Shown: positions 23,901 to 38,200 of the stretch, one piece after another
Layout of the letters: every line of letters starts with the position of its first letter
Position numbering within the stretch: position 1 is the stretch's first letter
Source: Octopus vulgaris
Taxonomy: Eukaryota
Length of the DNA: 64,000 bases
NCBI GenBank assembly: GCA_951406725.2
Contig: OX597818.1
Coordinates: forward strand, 73,346,001 to 73,410,000
Direction: 5' to 3'
Position numbers and translations under genes: made by a program
The notes under the pieces: model-generated
What the model was told of the DNA's origin: nothing
What the model saw: only the letters and a program-made list of their open reading frames with translations
Databases searched by the model: none

Positions 23901-24148
23901 TTAGACAAACTAAAGTATTAGACAAACTTACAAATTAGCTGAACAGTTTTGTGCAATACATTTAAAAGATGAGAAATATAAAGAGTTCTTGCATTCTTTG
24001 CTGCAATATTTTAACTAAAAAGTTTCTTATTCTTTACTTTACTAGAAGTAATAGATTGTCCTATACTTACAGGTGCAATAACTTGTCCTGTACTTTTCCA
24101 GGTTTATAATCTTAAGAATATTACTTTTTCTTTTCACATTTTTCCATG

Positions 24149-24152
<4 letters not shown>
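23900..24152 (-). mobile_element. Half copy of the 12131 foldback MITE
   Basis: Reverse complement of ~12131-12343. Confidence 0.7.
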
Positions 24153-24179
<27 letters not shown>

Positions 24180-24190
24180 CGCATGTGTGT

Positions 24191-24266
<76 letters not shown>

Positions 24267-24278
24267 TGTGTGTTTGTA

Positions 24279-24800
24279 TACTGCCTGGTTGAAGAATAAC
24301 TCCCTATTTCAAAATAACTATAAATGATTTATTAACCGGAATTTTTACAAAAAATGTATACACGAGGAAAGATTTTAGTATAAGCTTTTATTTTATTCAA
24401 AATTCGATATGGGTTCCAGATGTCGCCTAGGAAATGCGTCAACTGATTTCACCAAGAACTCTTGAGAGATGGAAGACATAACTTCTCATATTTGGCCTTC
24501 AAGTTCTTCCAAAGTGTTTGGCTTGATTTGGTACAGTAGATTTGTTCCTTGAACCAACTGCAAAGAAAAGTCACAGGGTGTTAAGTCGGGACTCCTGGCT
24601 AGTCACTCATCCGAACCACGACGAGGCATCCATCTCCTGAGGAAATGGGAATTCAGTCATTCACGATCGATAAGAGCATAATGTGGAGGAGCACGATCTT
24701 GCAAGAAAATAAGAAAATAAAATCAATATTCTCCCAAGCACTGATAACTGGCCAGGTCCCACCTTGCAACAGAATGAGGTACCATAGGAAGTTACTTTTC
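24279..24800 (-). mobile_element. Tc1/mariner-superfamily (DD37D-like) transposase relic
   Basis: The minus strand encodes QDRAPPHYAL...LNSHFLRRWMPRRGSDE*LARSPDLTPCDF. Confidence 0.75.
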
Positions 24801-25322
24801 AATCACTCTGTACAAAGCTGCTATACAGTGAATCGTCTAATAAATATGAAAACAAATGTAAAAAGCAGATGTATTTTTATTACTTCCTTAGACTTCTCTT
24901 GGAGAAGTTCCTCATCGGAGTATAATTGTTAGAGAATTAGTGAGCATTTAAAATCTAACATCGGTTATATTTCTCTGCCTATGCAAAGAATTGTTAGGAA
25001 CTGGTATGAATAGATTAATCAATTATCTAATATTCGTTGAAATATACAATAACCGATGTTCGTTTAAATATATAAATTATTGCATTTGCTTGTTTATAGT
25101 TATAGTATGTAATAGTATAGGAAGTCAATTAACATAGAGAAAGAGTGAGAATATATTAGAGATAAACAATATGCAACACTGTGTTCTGTCACCAGGCTAC
25201 GGTAATGAATATTGGAAATGCGTTACAATATAGCGGCATATCAATACATTCTTCCGCGCAAATTTACAGATACACTTACACACATGCATACATGTATATA
25301 CATATATAGATAGGTATCTAAA

Positions 25323-25359
<37 letters not shown>

Positions 25360-26646
25360 TTATTGGACGCTCAGGAAAGAATGAAAAAAGGAGGGTTATA
25401 TATATATATATACAGTATATATAAGTATGCACGTGCATGTATATGTATATGTATATATATATAATTATATACGCATATGTATATATATATACGTGTATAT
25501 GTATATGTATGTATATATATATATGTATTTATATATATATGAATGTGTGTGAGTGTATATATATATATTTGTGTGTGAAGAGAGATAGAGAAAGACGCAT
25601 GCACACATGCATTCGTACCCAACAATGATATATATATATATATATATATCATTGCTATTATGTAAAATTGTCGTAAGTTCAGAACGTTGCTTTTTCAGAA
25701 AATGGTAGTTTTACCATTCCATAGCAAAACCATTGTACTACACTTTGACAATTTTTGATATCTTGACATCTGAAGCAGCTGGGGATACGATTGTTTGACC
25801 AAAAGAACCGGCTATTAGAAACATAAATAAATATTGAAAGAAAAAACGCATTTGGCCAAATTTAGACACACGACAGTTTAACATAATAGCAACCATATAT
25901 GTTATCATAGGAAATTATTTTAGACAATGTAGAATGAATATGATCCACACAAACGCTCGAATGAAAATCTTATAAAATTCCTTTCGGTCATTGGCATAGT
26001 GGCGTATCGTTTCACATGAAAACATTTCATGCAAAAGAAAAAAAGGGAAAAAGCCATCAGGAAAATGAAATGTGTGGGTTTCTGAAATTAAAACACCAAT
26101 ATGAGCATGTTCCTGATATTAGCAAAGCGGTTTCTTATTCTATAGTTTGCAGAATGCGTCTGTAAATTCAACGTAAATTTAGCTCCATAAATAAGTAAAA
26201 GCGGTTTAAACCATATCGAATCAGTAAGTAAATACATTTGTAAGGGTTCTCTATATCAGCTTTAAATACAATACTGTCAAATGAGAAGAAAGATATTGAA
26301 ATGAAACGGCATTAAAGGTACAATGTGACTGAATTCGTATTATGTAACTAAAATTTCTGCCAATACGCAAGACCATAAAAGAGACGATGAATGTAAAATA
26401 TGTAAGCATATATGTTGCCTTTATTGCCACTGTTAAGACATGCAACCTGAAAATAAATGAGTCCCCAAGAATTATATTTTGAAAGAAATATTTTACCACA
26501 AGCGAATAAAGATGTAAGATCATTCTTAGTTATTGCTCGTTTCCGTAAGAGTTGCAGTTTTATCTCATGGATTTCATTTCCTCTGGGTGACATTGAATAG
26601 AATCTTACCTGCGCGGATTATCTTAAAATGGATATATATGTATATG

Positions 26647-26697
<51 letters not shown>

Positions 26698-28069
26698 GTC
26701 TACCTATTTATCTACCTATCTATCTACTTATGTATGTATACATTTAGATGTATATGTGGGCATGTATATACGCGTGTGTGATATATATGTATGCATGTAT
26801 GTGTTTCTATACACACATATACACACACTTATATATCAATAGATAGATATATAGATGGATATTATGTTGGATTTTATATTTATTAACCCAGGTATATAAC
26901 AGTTAAGTATATATTACAAACTCTTTATCGGCAGGATGATATCTTTTAAACATTGTTTTCAAAAGTATAAGCCGGACATTTCAAGGACAGTTTGGAGAAT
27001 TGCTAAACTAACCTCTGGTTTAGAATTTGAGCAGAAATGATACTTCAACGGTCATGTTTCTGTTTCTTTATCTCGTTATGAAGTCATATATCGGTCCGTT
27101 GAATTATTAATTCATATTTGATTGTGTATGAAATACCTATTCTATGTGTGAGATACTAATGCACATCTTTCGAAAATACCTACTTTTATAACCTTGGATT
27201 GACTCTGGCATTTTGAGTGAAATTGGGCTGCTGAGATCTTTGCAGATCTGGACATTTATACTGAATATGAATTTGTGCTCAGTTATATAAAATTCTGCCC
27301 GCCCATTCATTCCCGCCGCCACGATCCTCTGAGCATGGTTTCCGATTGCTTAAATCAGATTATTATCACAACCGTTTATTTTCTGACCAAATTAAATCAC
27401 AATAAGAAAAAGAACACCGTATAACACGATTTTAGTCCTTGGGCATCAACTGTTATTTCCTATTTGCTTACACCTAGAAAGTATGAAAAATGACTTGTAT
27501 TTTCTTCAACCTTTGCTTTTGTTACGATATTTATCCAAGCCCCAAACAATCCCTCATAACACATAGCTATGATGCTCCCCAACTACTGCTGCTCATGAAC
27601 AGCGGTGCAAATATTGTCAGCTAGTAAGGGACATGGTCAAAAGGTTACGGTCAAGAGACTGATAGGCAAATATCTCTGGTAATGAGCAGAATATTTGCTA
27701 TAACGATATTTCTACTTCCGCATCCCAGCGCTGAATCTGTCTGAAATGGAAAATAAATCTCTGTTTCAAAACCTTGATGTCCAGGTCGCAAAGCAAAGTT
27801 TAAAGGAGATAGTAGTCAGTTCCTTTGATTTCTACATAGAAGCACCTAGTCAACAGCACTTAATGAACAATGAAGAAGTAAATAAAAAAATTGTTACACA
27901 GTGTAATCTAGTAAATTTCTTTAGATTGGATTATTTACATTGCATTATTACATAGTCCATTAAACAATTTTATTCCAGGGAGCTTACGATATCAGATAAC
28001 AATCATTACTAAATAAGATTATTATCCGTCATATAACGGGTAACTTTGGAAATATACTTTTGTCACCAT

Positions 28070-28438
28070 ACCGTGGTACACCGTCGGTTACGACGAGGTG
28101 GATTCCAGTTGATCCGATCAGCGGAACAGCCTGCTCCTGAAATTAACATGCAAGTGGCAGAGCACTCTACAGTCATGACTACCCATAACGTAGTTCTCGA
28201 GGAGATTCAGCATGACATAGAGTGTGACAAGGCTGACATTTAAAATACAGTTACAAGAAAGGGTGAGAGTAAGTTGTGGTGAAAGAATACAGCAGGGTTC
28301 GCCACCACCCCCTGCCGGAGCTTCGTGGAGCTTCTGATGTTTTCACTCAATAAACACTCACAACGCCCTGTCTGGGACCGAAACCGCGATCCTATGACCG
28401 CGAGTCCACTGCCCTAACCACTGGGCAATTGCGCCTCC
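28070..28438 (-). mobile_element. tRNA-derived SINE family C
   Basis: Minus-strand head GGAGGCGCAATTGCCCAGTGGTTAGGGCAGTGGACTCGCGGTCATAGGATCGCGGTTTCGGTCCC, with A- and B-box-like motifs. Confidence 0.7.
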
Positions 28439-30427
28439 TTTGCCACCATAGGTAATAACAGGATAAAAAAACACATATACCACCATAAGTATGCTTTAAT
28501 TTTTATTAAATGATGAAATAAATACTAATTTCCAAAGGAAGAGAACACACTCTGAGAATAAAATGTAATAAACACAAATTTCTCGCATTTTTGCAATAAA
28601 TGTTATTTCCTAAAAGTTTTTTCAGTGTGATCACAATCTACTCTATCGAAAATCTGCAAAATTTGATTTTTAGAAATATATATATATTTTTAGAACAGTA
28701 TAAAACATCTATCACTTCCTAAGCTAACACTCTCTTTCTTTCCTCTCTCCCGCCCGGCTCTTTTATACAATGAAAAGCATGAGTGGAGAAGCAATCGAGA
28801 ACGAACCAGCATTTATATGCGCTGTTTGTTAAATTGAGATATGCTATTAAAATCACCAACAATGACATAATCATGTAATGTGATTCTCACCAAATACGGA
28901 ACTTAATTGTGAGTACTTCCTCGGCAAGATTATGTTGCCTCAGCATCATGTATTTATAATTGAAGAATTTTGGTCGGCTATGTATGGGGGTAGAGTGCGC
29001 GCGCCTGTACGTGTGTGCCGGTATCTGTGTGTCTGTGTGTGTGTATATGTGTGCCTGTATGTGTGTGTGATTGTAATTCATCCATCAAATGGATATCTTT
29101 TCTAGAATGAACTTTCGAGAAACATAATTTATCACCGTTCAAGCGGTTATTAAATATATTTTCTAATTTTATTCAAAATTCAACGCACTATTCTTATATT
29201 TTTTTGTAAATATCAACTCTTAACGCTATTAGCTGATTGAATTCTTTGTATGTCTTTCTCATTAAGAAAATCTAAATGAACCAAATGACCTTGTTAGGAA
29301 GAAGCGCTAAACAGTTTTCATGCTGATATAATTTATATAATTACTAGCCAATCAGCTAATCAAAAATGCATGCACCACAATAACATGGGTACCACAGGAA
29401 AGGTGGGTACCGCTATATGGCTCCTACAGCTGCTAAATAACAACTGGCAAATCACCAACTAACCAAATATGTTATAGTCTTAATACCAGACATTAAAGGA
29501 GGAAGTCATGAATGCATATACTGAGACGACGGCAAGATTGCCTTGACTTAATATCATTTCATTCTAGGGCTCACTCTCTCTCCCTCGCTTGCTCTCTTTG
29601 AGTTTATAGTTAAACATCATTAACATGGTTTTATTTAAAGATAACGTAGATATAGTAACTTCTACTGAAAATAAATGACCAGCAGGAACAGCTGTACAAT
29701 TTAGAGTTTTGTACAAACTATTCAAATATACTGTTACATGCTGTTAATAGAATGTGGCTTTTAAAATATCATATTCTTATCGACATACTCAAGCATTATT
29801 TTTCTGATAATGTTACGAAACATATTACAGTGACGATAATTAGTAAATTCGTCAATTATTTCCCCCCATAAGTATTATGAAGTGAGTTCTGTTTTCCAGA
29901 TACTTCATCAAATATTTATCATTACTTTTGCTCAAGTAAATAAAGTTCTGTGCGAAATGCAAAATGCATCAAGTTTAAAGATAAATGTATGTTGGGTCTT
30001 TGCTGAAAATAATAATAGTTTCATTCCCTAGAAAATTGGGAAAATGAAAGAATCTAACATATTACCGCAAGCAAAAGATGCTTCTGATCTTCGACATGAC
30101 AGCTCGTAATTTCAGACACAAAAGTTATTCCCAAACCTACTTATTGGCACCTACTTATCTATATTTCAAATTGAATAAATGCACATTTTTACACGTTTGA
30201 CTGGAAAGTATTGAATGCATGCGAGAGTTCAGTATATTCAGTTACGACAATTTGCACAGAGTAGAGGAGAGTAAGATAGATTCTCATTTAGATTATGATC
30301 GGTTCTGATTTGAAGGAATACCGGTGGATGCCAATACGAACCAAGCTAATAACGTTCTATTAATGTATATTGAAAATTCGTTCCCTAAACCTAGAATAAT
30401 TATGAACTACATATTTTAGTTATTAAT

Positions 30428-30748
30428 ATGGTTCAGTGGTTAGAGCCTCGAACATACGATTTTGAGGTTGTGAGTTCGATTCCCGGACCGGCTGCGTGTT
30501 TTGTTCTTGAGCAAGACACTTTATATCACGTTGTTCCAGTTAACTGTAGAAATCAGTTGCGACATCACTGGTGCCAAGCTGTATCGGCCTTTCCCTTTCC
30601 CTTGGATAACATCAGTGGTGTGGAGAGGGGAGACTGGTATGCATGGGCGACTGCTGGCCTTCCACAAACAACCTTGCCCGGACTAGTGCCTCGGAGGTTA
30701 ACTTTCTAGGTGAAATCCAATGGTCATTCATGACCGAAGGGGGTCTCA
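30428..30748 (+). mobile_element. tRNA-derived SINE (family C-related)
   Basis: TGGTTCAGTGG A box, GAGTTCGATTCC B box, followed by GTTCTTGAGCAAGACACTT. Confidence 0.75.
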
Positions 30749-30774
30749 TCCAATATATGATTTTGTTAAATAAT

Positions 30775-30910
30775 TCGTAGAGCTGGTAGAACCGTTATTG
30801 CACCGAACAAAATGCTTTGCGGCTTTTCTTTCGGTTCATCACGTTCCGTGTTCAAATGCCGATGGAATCGCCTTTACTTCTCGTCCATTCGAGGCCGATA
30901 AAATAACAAA
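30775..30910 (+). mobile_element. SINE family B, decayed
   Basis: GAGCTGGTAGAACCGTTA..., GTTCAAAT and GCCGATAAAATAA align with 34803. Confidence 0.6.
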
Positions 30911-30955
30911 CATTTGGACAAGAGATAGTGCGTGAGGTGTCACCCCTCCTCTCAG

Positions 30956-31215
30956 AATCACTGATTTTGTAACTAGGCAACTAGTCCGTTAGAGTAGGAA
31001 GAGTTATCTCCCGCTTAGAATAAATCGTGTGCGAGAAACGCGCTGAATGAACCAGCTGGAGAAGATGTCTTCTCGGGCTTAAATGCTAGTATCGTCGTTT
31101 CTTAGAGGACAGGCACATTAATGTGGCGATAAACAACAATTTTGGGTTGGTATAATGCTTCTATCTCGAACAGATTTTCTAACGGACTAGTTAACTTGTT
31201 ACAAAATCAATGATT
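30956..31215. repeat. 38 bp inverted repeats enclosing ~185 bp
   Basis: 30956-30993 versus 31178-31215, 4 mismatches. GAACAGA..TTTTCTAACGG.CTAG recurs at ~31366. Confidence 0.75.
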
Positions 31216-32009
31216 GCATGACACTCTATTTTCTATATATAGCAAGCATGGTAAACTATTGTAACGGCTGGCAACGAGTACATACCACCGACGAGATCCA
31301 ATATAACTTTGTGGTCTGGAAGTCAGGGTGGCAATACGTGTTGGTTCGTATACTGCTGTTAACGTGAACAGAGATTTTCTAACGGGCTAGATCTTTTATA
31401 TTTTGATTTCCCATTATTCTAGTCCGATCTTGAACTTGAAGATTCTTGCTTACTTGGCTTGTATATATTTTCCACTAATTTGACAATGTGTGATTGTCCT
31501 ACATTGGGACTCTAATTATAGCTTGCTTAATACTTACTTAAAGATTTCTAGATTAGCGACGTTTTGTTGTATGTATGCATACATGCATGTATAATACATA
31601 CATACATGCATACATACGTAAATACATACATGCATACATACATGCATATTTACATAGGTAATACATACGTACATGCATGCATGCATACATACCTATATAC
31701 ATACATATAATATATTTTTAAAATGAGTAGTCACCTATGGAATTCGCTCGTGGCTCATCACGAATATAATTAACAAAAGACGAAACTTAGAGTAAGCTAC
31801 ACAAATTTTATGTAATATATATGTTCTTGATTTGAATATGGGATGTTTACATTTTGCGTTGAGCAAATGTGCATAACATTCTAGCAACTAGCTACAGTCA
31901 ATTTGTTGTTACTTCTTTCAATTTTGATTTTGAAACACATCGGTATTCGTTTCAAAGTTAGAGGTAGGCAAAGTCAGTAAAATCAATAGTAGCAGACGTA
32001 ACTGTGTGC

Positions 32010-32125
32010 TAAGAACTTTGCTTCGCAGTTTCATGGTTTCGTGTTCCGTCCCACTTCATGACATATACCTGGGCCGAGCAAATCCTTGTGAGTTTATTTG
32101 ATAGACGGATACTGAAAGAAGTACG
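32010..32125 (+). mobile_element. SINE family A head, decayed
   Basis: CATGGTTTCGTGTTCCGTCCCACT...CCTTGTGAGTTTATTTGATAGACGGATACTGAAAGAAG. Confidence 0.65.
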
Positions 32126-32389
32126 TAATACACACACATACACACACACACACAAACATATCTTTTAAATCTATTTACGGGAAACGTAAATGGATTATGC
32201 CGGCCGCAGTGATGCTAACTGGTTATCCTGTTTTTCGGGTTGCATCAAACTGCAGTGATACAATGGAGGATAATGATAGTAATAATAAAAATAATCCTCA
32301 GATAGATGTTATATATATATATATATATATATATACAGATAGATAGATAGAGAGATAGAGAGATACAGATACACACACACATGCACACG

Positions 32390-32435
<46 letters not shown>

Positions 32436-33120
32436 CGAAGGGTGTTCAGTAAAGATTTCCACTAGTCCACTTCCCATGGACTGGGTTAAACGAAACTTGG
32501 CATAATTATATGTCCACAAATGGCGATACATTTCTCTCATTGCGTTATGCACCTATGAAGACTTCGTCTGTAGAAATTGGTAGGTTGAGTCTGGAGCCAA
32601 GACTTTACCTCGGAAAAATGTTCATCATTATCCGAAAAGTGCTATCCATTTAAGTATGACTTCATGGTTGAATAGAGGAATAACACTTCATGGGATGAGT
32701 AGAGGACGTCGCGGAGAGTAAGCGCGTGAGGAAGGATTTCATAGCTGCAAGAATGAGCTTTCGTCTGAGCAATATGTGATTGTGAACTGGGAGTTGTCTT
32801 GGAGGACGCGGACATCATTGATCAGCATACCACGCCTCTCTGCTTTGATGGTGTCCCGCAATTTCTGCAGCAGACACGCACGATATTCCCCGTTAATTGA
32901 GGTGCTCATTGCCAGAAAACCCTGCATCACTACTCGATACTGGTCCCCAAATGCTGTTAACATTTCTTTGCCTGCTGAGGGTTGGAGGCAAGCCTTTGGA
33001 GGAGGTTAGTTATCATGTTTGCATTGTTTCGATTGGACTTTAGTCTCAGGATCATGTTTCATCCATGTGATAAGTCTGCCGAAAATGTCTTCCTTGTTTT
33101 CTTGGCACATTGCCAAAATT
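32436..33120 (-). mobile_element. Decayed mariner, relative of the 47022 element (3' half)
   Basis: TA-CGAAGGGTGTTCAGTAAAG TIR and CCACTTCCCAT...AACGAAACTTGGCA match the 48312 end. Protein QPSAGKEMLTAFGDQYRVVMQGFLA...LLQKLRDTIKAERRG...LQDN. Confidence 0.85.
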
Positions 33121-33425
33121 GCTTGGGAACAATAATCTTGACAAGTTTTATGACCATACCCACTATATTCTGTCAACTCTCTCCTGCTCTTTCCTTACAG
33201 ACACAATCCTCTAGTTTTAGATTTGGTAATTGATAAACAAGACTAATAAATTGCAACTTAACCAAAATCCGTTACAAGCTATGACCGCAACAAATTTTTT
33301 TCATGAAGTCTAGTAAATCCTAAGCTGATGTGGTAGCAGCACGGTCTTTGTCTGTCTTCTTACACTATTATATTAATTATATTAATGTGTCCGACTGATT
33401 AAAACAATTAAATATTCTTTTAATT

Positions 33426-33514
33426 TATGCTGCTGAGGATAGCCCTGCATTTAAATTGATGTAATGATTGCATTGTTCAATTAAATGAGCCGCTTGAATC
33501 GGTTGTACTGCATA
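33426..33514 (+). ncRNA. Degenerate hammerhead ribozyme
   Basis: TATGCTG-CTGAGGA-long helix II (CATTT/AAATG, AATTGA/TCAATT, TGTAAT/ATTGCA)-GAAT-CGGTT-GTA-CTGCATA; GAAA is mutated. Confidence 0.55.
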
Positions 33515-34802
33515 ACCTCTGGATATCCTGTTGCTTATTTTGATTATATTCGACTAAACCTTATAAATCGGTATACTGACATTGAAGCAGTCCAATCAGT
33601 CAAAAAAGTAAAAGATGAAAGAGATCTTTAACCCTGTCTAAACCTGATGGTTGTTAGCGGACGCGAACCACGCATCAATCGATATTTTTGATCAACATCC
33701 AAACAATTCAAATGTTGACTTTTGGTTCCACGTTTACATATACTTCCCACGTCAGTCATTATACAACTTGTGCAGACAATAAATGATGACTAGTGAAACA
33801 GCAATCAAAAAATTCTAATTGTGTTCTTGATAGATATCTCTAAATATAATTAACTGTTTGGCATGTCTTCAGGAAATTTTCTTCTTTTCTAATATGTCAT
33901 AACATTTTTTGTTTAATATCTATATACTCTTTCTCTGAAACCTCCCCTTCAATCATACCAAAGAATACTCGTGTAAGATATCGTCAGGTTGCTTTTTCTC
34001 TGTTGTTTTTCTTTTATGACGCAACGCTGTAATATTATTTGCTTGCAAAGAGAATCTAAAGAATAACTAACGAATCTTTTATCTTTGTGATTTATAATTT
34101 AAAAGAAGAACTGCAAAAGTTTTCCACAATAGCGTTTAGTCAACATGGAGACATAATTTTGCGCATTTATTTATTCACTGTGTAACATCTTAAGAAATAT
34201 TTGGTTGGTATCCAACTAACGTCACTGGACCAACAAAAAAGAAGCTGCATAATAATTTTTATGTACAGAATTAATGTTTTAGACTAAACGTTTACGTTAC
34301 ATATCTTTGTTGGTGTGAATTGTGATACAGTTGGTGTTGCGACTGTACTAATTGCAAACTAGTATTCAATATTGTGTACACTGTCTTGGTATCGCGCATG
34401 ATGCATTAGACAGTATTCTTATCAATGATATTGTTGGATAGAAAAATTGATTTTTCTGTTAGCGATAGGTTGTTCCTCGTAATGTCAAACAATAATACTT
34501 CTAACATAATGTTATCTACGATAAATATGATGTATCTTTGTTTACAGTAAATCTAGTAATGGTGACAGGCACTGACCCAGCATAAGGTAAGCTCTTTTAT
34601 GGAAGAAGCACTTTAAATCTGAGCCCAGTTATTTAGTGATATTTTATTTATCGATTCCGAACATTTGAGACCGGGGTATTTGAAACAGCAACAATAACAA
34701 CAACTGATGATCATAATATGCTTGAAATTAAATGTAAAGTGATATTGACTTCCATTCTTCTCTGAAACTGACTTACACACCAAAACACAGTGACGCACAC
34801 AT

Positions 34803-35030
34803 GGCGAGCTGGCAGAAACGTTAGCACGCCAGGCGAAATGCGTAGCCGTATTTCGTCTGCCGTTACGTTCTGAGTTCAAATTTCGCCGAGGTCGACTTTG
34901 CCTTTCATCCTTTCGGGGTCGATAAATTAAGTACCAGTTACGCACTGGGATCAATATAATCGACTTAATCCGTTTGTCTGTTCTTGTTTGTCTCCTCTGT
35001 GTTTAGCCCCTTGTGGGTAGGAAAGAAATA
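34803..35030 (+). mobile_element. SINE family B, full length
   Basis: GGCGAGCTGGCAGAAACGTTAGCACGCC head, GAGTTCAAATTT B box and TTTCATCCTTTCGGGGTCGATAAATTAAGTACCAG body; multiple partial copies in the window. Confidence 0.85.
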
Positions 35031-38000
35031 TATATATATGTGTATGTATGCTTGCATGTAGGTATGTATATATGCATGTGCGTGTGTGTGTGATAGAGAG
35101 ACAGAGAGAAAAAGAGAAAGAGGGAGAGACAGCTCGAGAGATAGACAGACAGACAGAATACAGAACACCTGAAACATACGGGCCCTCGCTAAAATAGAAA
35201 CGGGTCAATCAAACAATGATACAGTTATCTGAATAAAACTGCTTTTAGAATCCAAACGTAAACGTTTTTACGTTTTAGAAATATATAGAAATCAATGAGA
35301 ACAAACTCACTTAGACAACTTGAACAATGTGTGGGTGGGAGACGGATTATAGGCATCACCAAGGGAGACAATGATTAAAATGTCAAATACTGCATCTGAA
35401 CATTCTCCAGAAAAACTAAAGCATCCTCGGCTGATCACAATAATCTAAGCATTTCCGAAAAGTATCTAACACGGACACATCATTAAGGGCAGGTTTTGGT
35501 ATGATAAGGATGATTACCAGATAAAAAGAAAACAAATTTGACTATCTCGTTGTGAGGGGAAATCCATTTTAATCGTCCAAGACTAAAAAATAGCTACTCT
35601 AAAACCAAAACAGCATACTGAAATTTAATTGCAATTATATCATACGGAGTGAATTTATGAATATCTAGAGAAAACGAAAATCTGCTTCAGGAATACTTAG
35701 AACGGATGCTGCAACTGTACATATAGCTGTAAAGAGTAATTGCAAATGCAGTATACAATTATCGAGTGCTCGGGAGAAATGAAGAGTCTAATCATTCTAG
35801 AGACTTACTAGCTAACACCGATATCTATTCTAGTTATATATCTTATATTTACACTAATGCAATTGGAGGTTTGTTTTCTGCTTCATTTAAAATCACATGT
35901 TTTTACATATTTTCTCAATATTGGTTATTTTGTATCGAGAAAACACATTTTTTGCATTGCCCAAGTAAATATATTTAATCTCCAAAGAGTGAAACTAAGA
36001 ATATCGTAAGTAAAGTTTTGAATCCGATGGAGGATATCATGGCAAAATTTATAAAATAATTGCTGATTAGGACATCGTTTAGGAAATTATTTCTCTTGTT
36101 TAATGATTTGTTCGAAGTGCCTAAGGAAACTTACATGGAATGAAATAATTAAAATATGTATTTTTGTATTTTTTTAACGTAATATAATTCACCGATTTCC
36201 AATACTGCTAGCAAAACCGCATTCTATAAAGGAAACAATACTGATAAACTCCTTATTGGGTTCATACAGGTTAGAGAGGAGCAACAATTCGATGACGTAA
36301 GAAGAAAGTCATCAGCCTTGCGATGTAACTAAATGATTGAATCTCTGATTGATTCTGTTGAATTGCCTGGGTTTTCAATTACGTTTACTGACCAATATGT
36401 CATTGAGATTCTAAGATATAATACTTTGAGAGTAGGCTTTTCGGAAGAGAAGATGTATTAGAGACATTTGCGATAGAAAACATCTTTCTTCTTCCATAAA
36501 GCTGAATCAGTTAGGAGGACCAATCGAAAACTTCATTTAGGGTACAAAGTTTAAAACAAGTCGTTTTACCTTAAGGCATTTCATCGTTTCATATACATCA
36601 TTAATCGTATATGAACAGACGCCATGAAAGATATAAATAAACGCCCCAAAGCAAAGTAAACGCTGAGAAGATTGAAAACGGACATCTACAAAATTAGATT
36701 TTATTTTTTGAAAGCAAATTCCCATCACTAAAATAATTTCCCGCCAACTACTTGCAATTCTATCTGTACAATAATGATTTTAAGCCGAACCACTAATTCT
36801 GGGCCAGCCATAAGTATATTAAGTTACAATGAAGTTACTAGTGCCTACCTAATCCATAGTTACATTTCTATTTCCAAATATTCATGTAACGTATTATGAA
36901 TAATGAAATATCACGTGATCATAACAAGGAACAATGCGCTTATTCATTTGACGGAATTTTATTTCAAATGGTGCAGGATAATTTACAGAATTTCAAGCCA
37001 AAATATATAATTCTTCAAGTTTTCCAGGAAACAAGTGAATATTTATTGTATAGACTGTACAGTTGTTCTGTCATATTAGTGCATGCCATATTTGGTATTC
37101 ATAAGATGAAACCCGGAAAATGATATAATTGATGACAGGCTGCATTGTTAACAGACGAAGAGGAAGCGCTAAAAACGTTCGAATGTTGATACCTTAATTC
37201 ATTTGAATTTATTGCGCTGGTCAAAGAACAACTATTCTATTGAGAATAAAATATATCTACGTTGATGTTTACAGGAAAATGTAGGCAAACGGAAGCATTC
37301 AGTATTTTCTAGTCTTTATCATGAGAACTGTGTAAATACTGTTGTTCGGATATTTTGGGCAGATACAGTAAAACATGTTGGGAGAAGAACAGTGATGAGC
37401 GGTTTACTTAGTGAAGAATACAGGCAAGGTACCACACATGACGATCATCAGCTGTAGCAACTTTAGAATATACACTCAGGAGAAAGAACGCATCTATTCA
37501 CAGGAAGTTTTTGTTACTGTTTCCTGAATACATATTTGCTTGTTGCCGCATGATCTTTTATTCGAAATATTACGGACACATCACTCAGGAGGGCTTCACT
37601 TTGGAGCAAGACACTCTGGAATTTACTCGAAGTGTTTGCAGAGACCAAATGTGTTAGAACTGAATTAGTCAATTTCTCGAAGTGAAAAAGTAGATTGGAT
37701 ATAAAATACTGTAGGTAGTGAATATGTGATAAAAGAGTGAAGAATAGCAATGTTCAAAAGACCTGCCATTTGTAACAGTTTTCTATTTCTCTGATACCCT
37801 AGTAAATCAGATTATAGTAAACTGCATTCTTACTGTTTAAACATTTATCTAGCATTGGGAATATGAGAGATTTTGTTGCATCCTGTTCAGGTGCTAAATT
37901 TCTGAAGTGAATAACTCTTATCAAAATAAGTATACTCTTGCCCTACCAATGTAGAATACATTAGGGATAATTAGATCAGTTACATAAGTTTAAATTAAGG

Positions 38001-38072
38001 ACATATCAAAGCAGAATGAGGGAGAGATTCCTGGAAGGGCGTACTGGATCACAATGTGGTTAGCGTTTGGCG

Positions 38073-38200
38073 AAGGAGGAGGAGGAGGAGGAGGATGCTG
38101 CAAAGGGGGTAGGAGGAGGGGAGGGGGATTGAGGAGGAGAAGAAGAAGAAGAAGTAAAAGGAGAAAGTCAAGAAATGGGAAGAGAAAAAGTAGGAGAAGA
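38073..38200. repeat. Polypurine (GGA/GAA)n tract
   Basis: GGAGGAGGAG..., GAAGAAGAA... low-complexity run. Confidence 0.85.

Noticed and set aside
35230-37900. Microsatellite-free stretch with faint hAT-like peptides (GILRTDAATVHIAVKS, SNHSRDLLA)
   Set aside because: Similarity too weak to support by eye; needs tBLASTn/HMM against transposase libraries.
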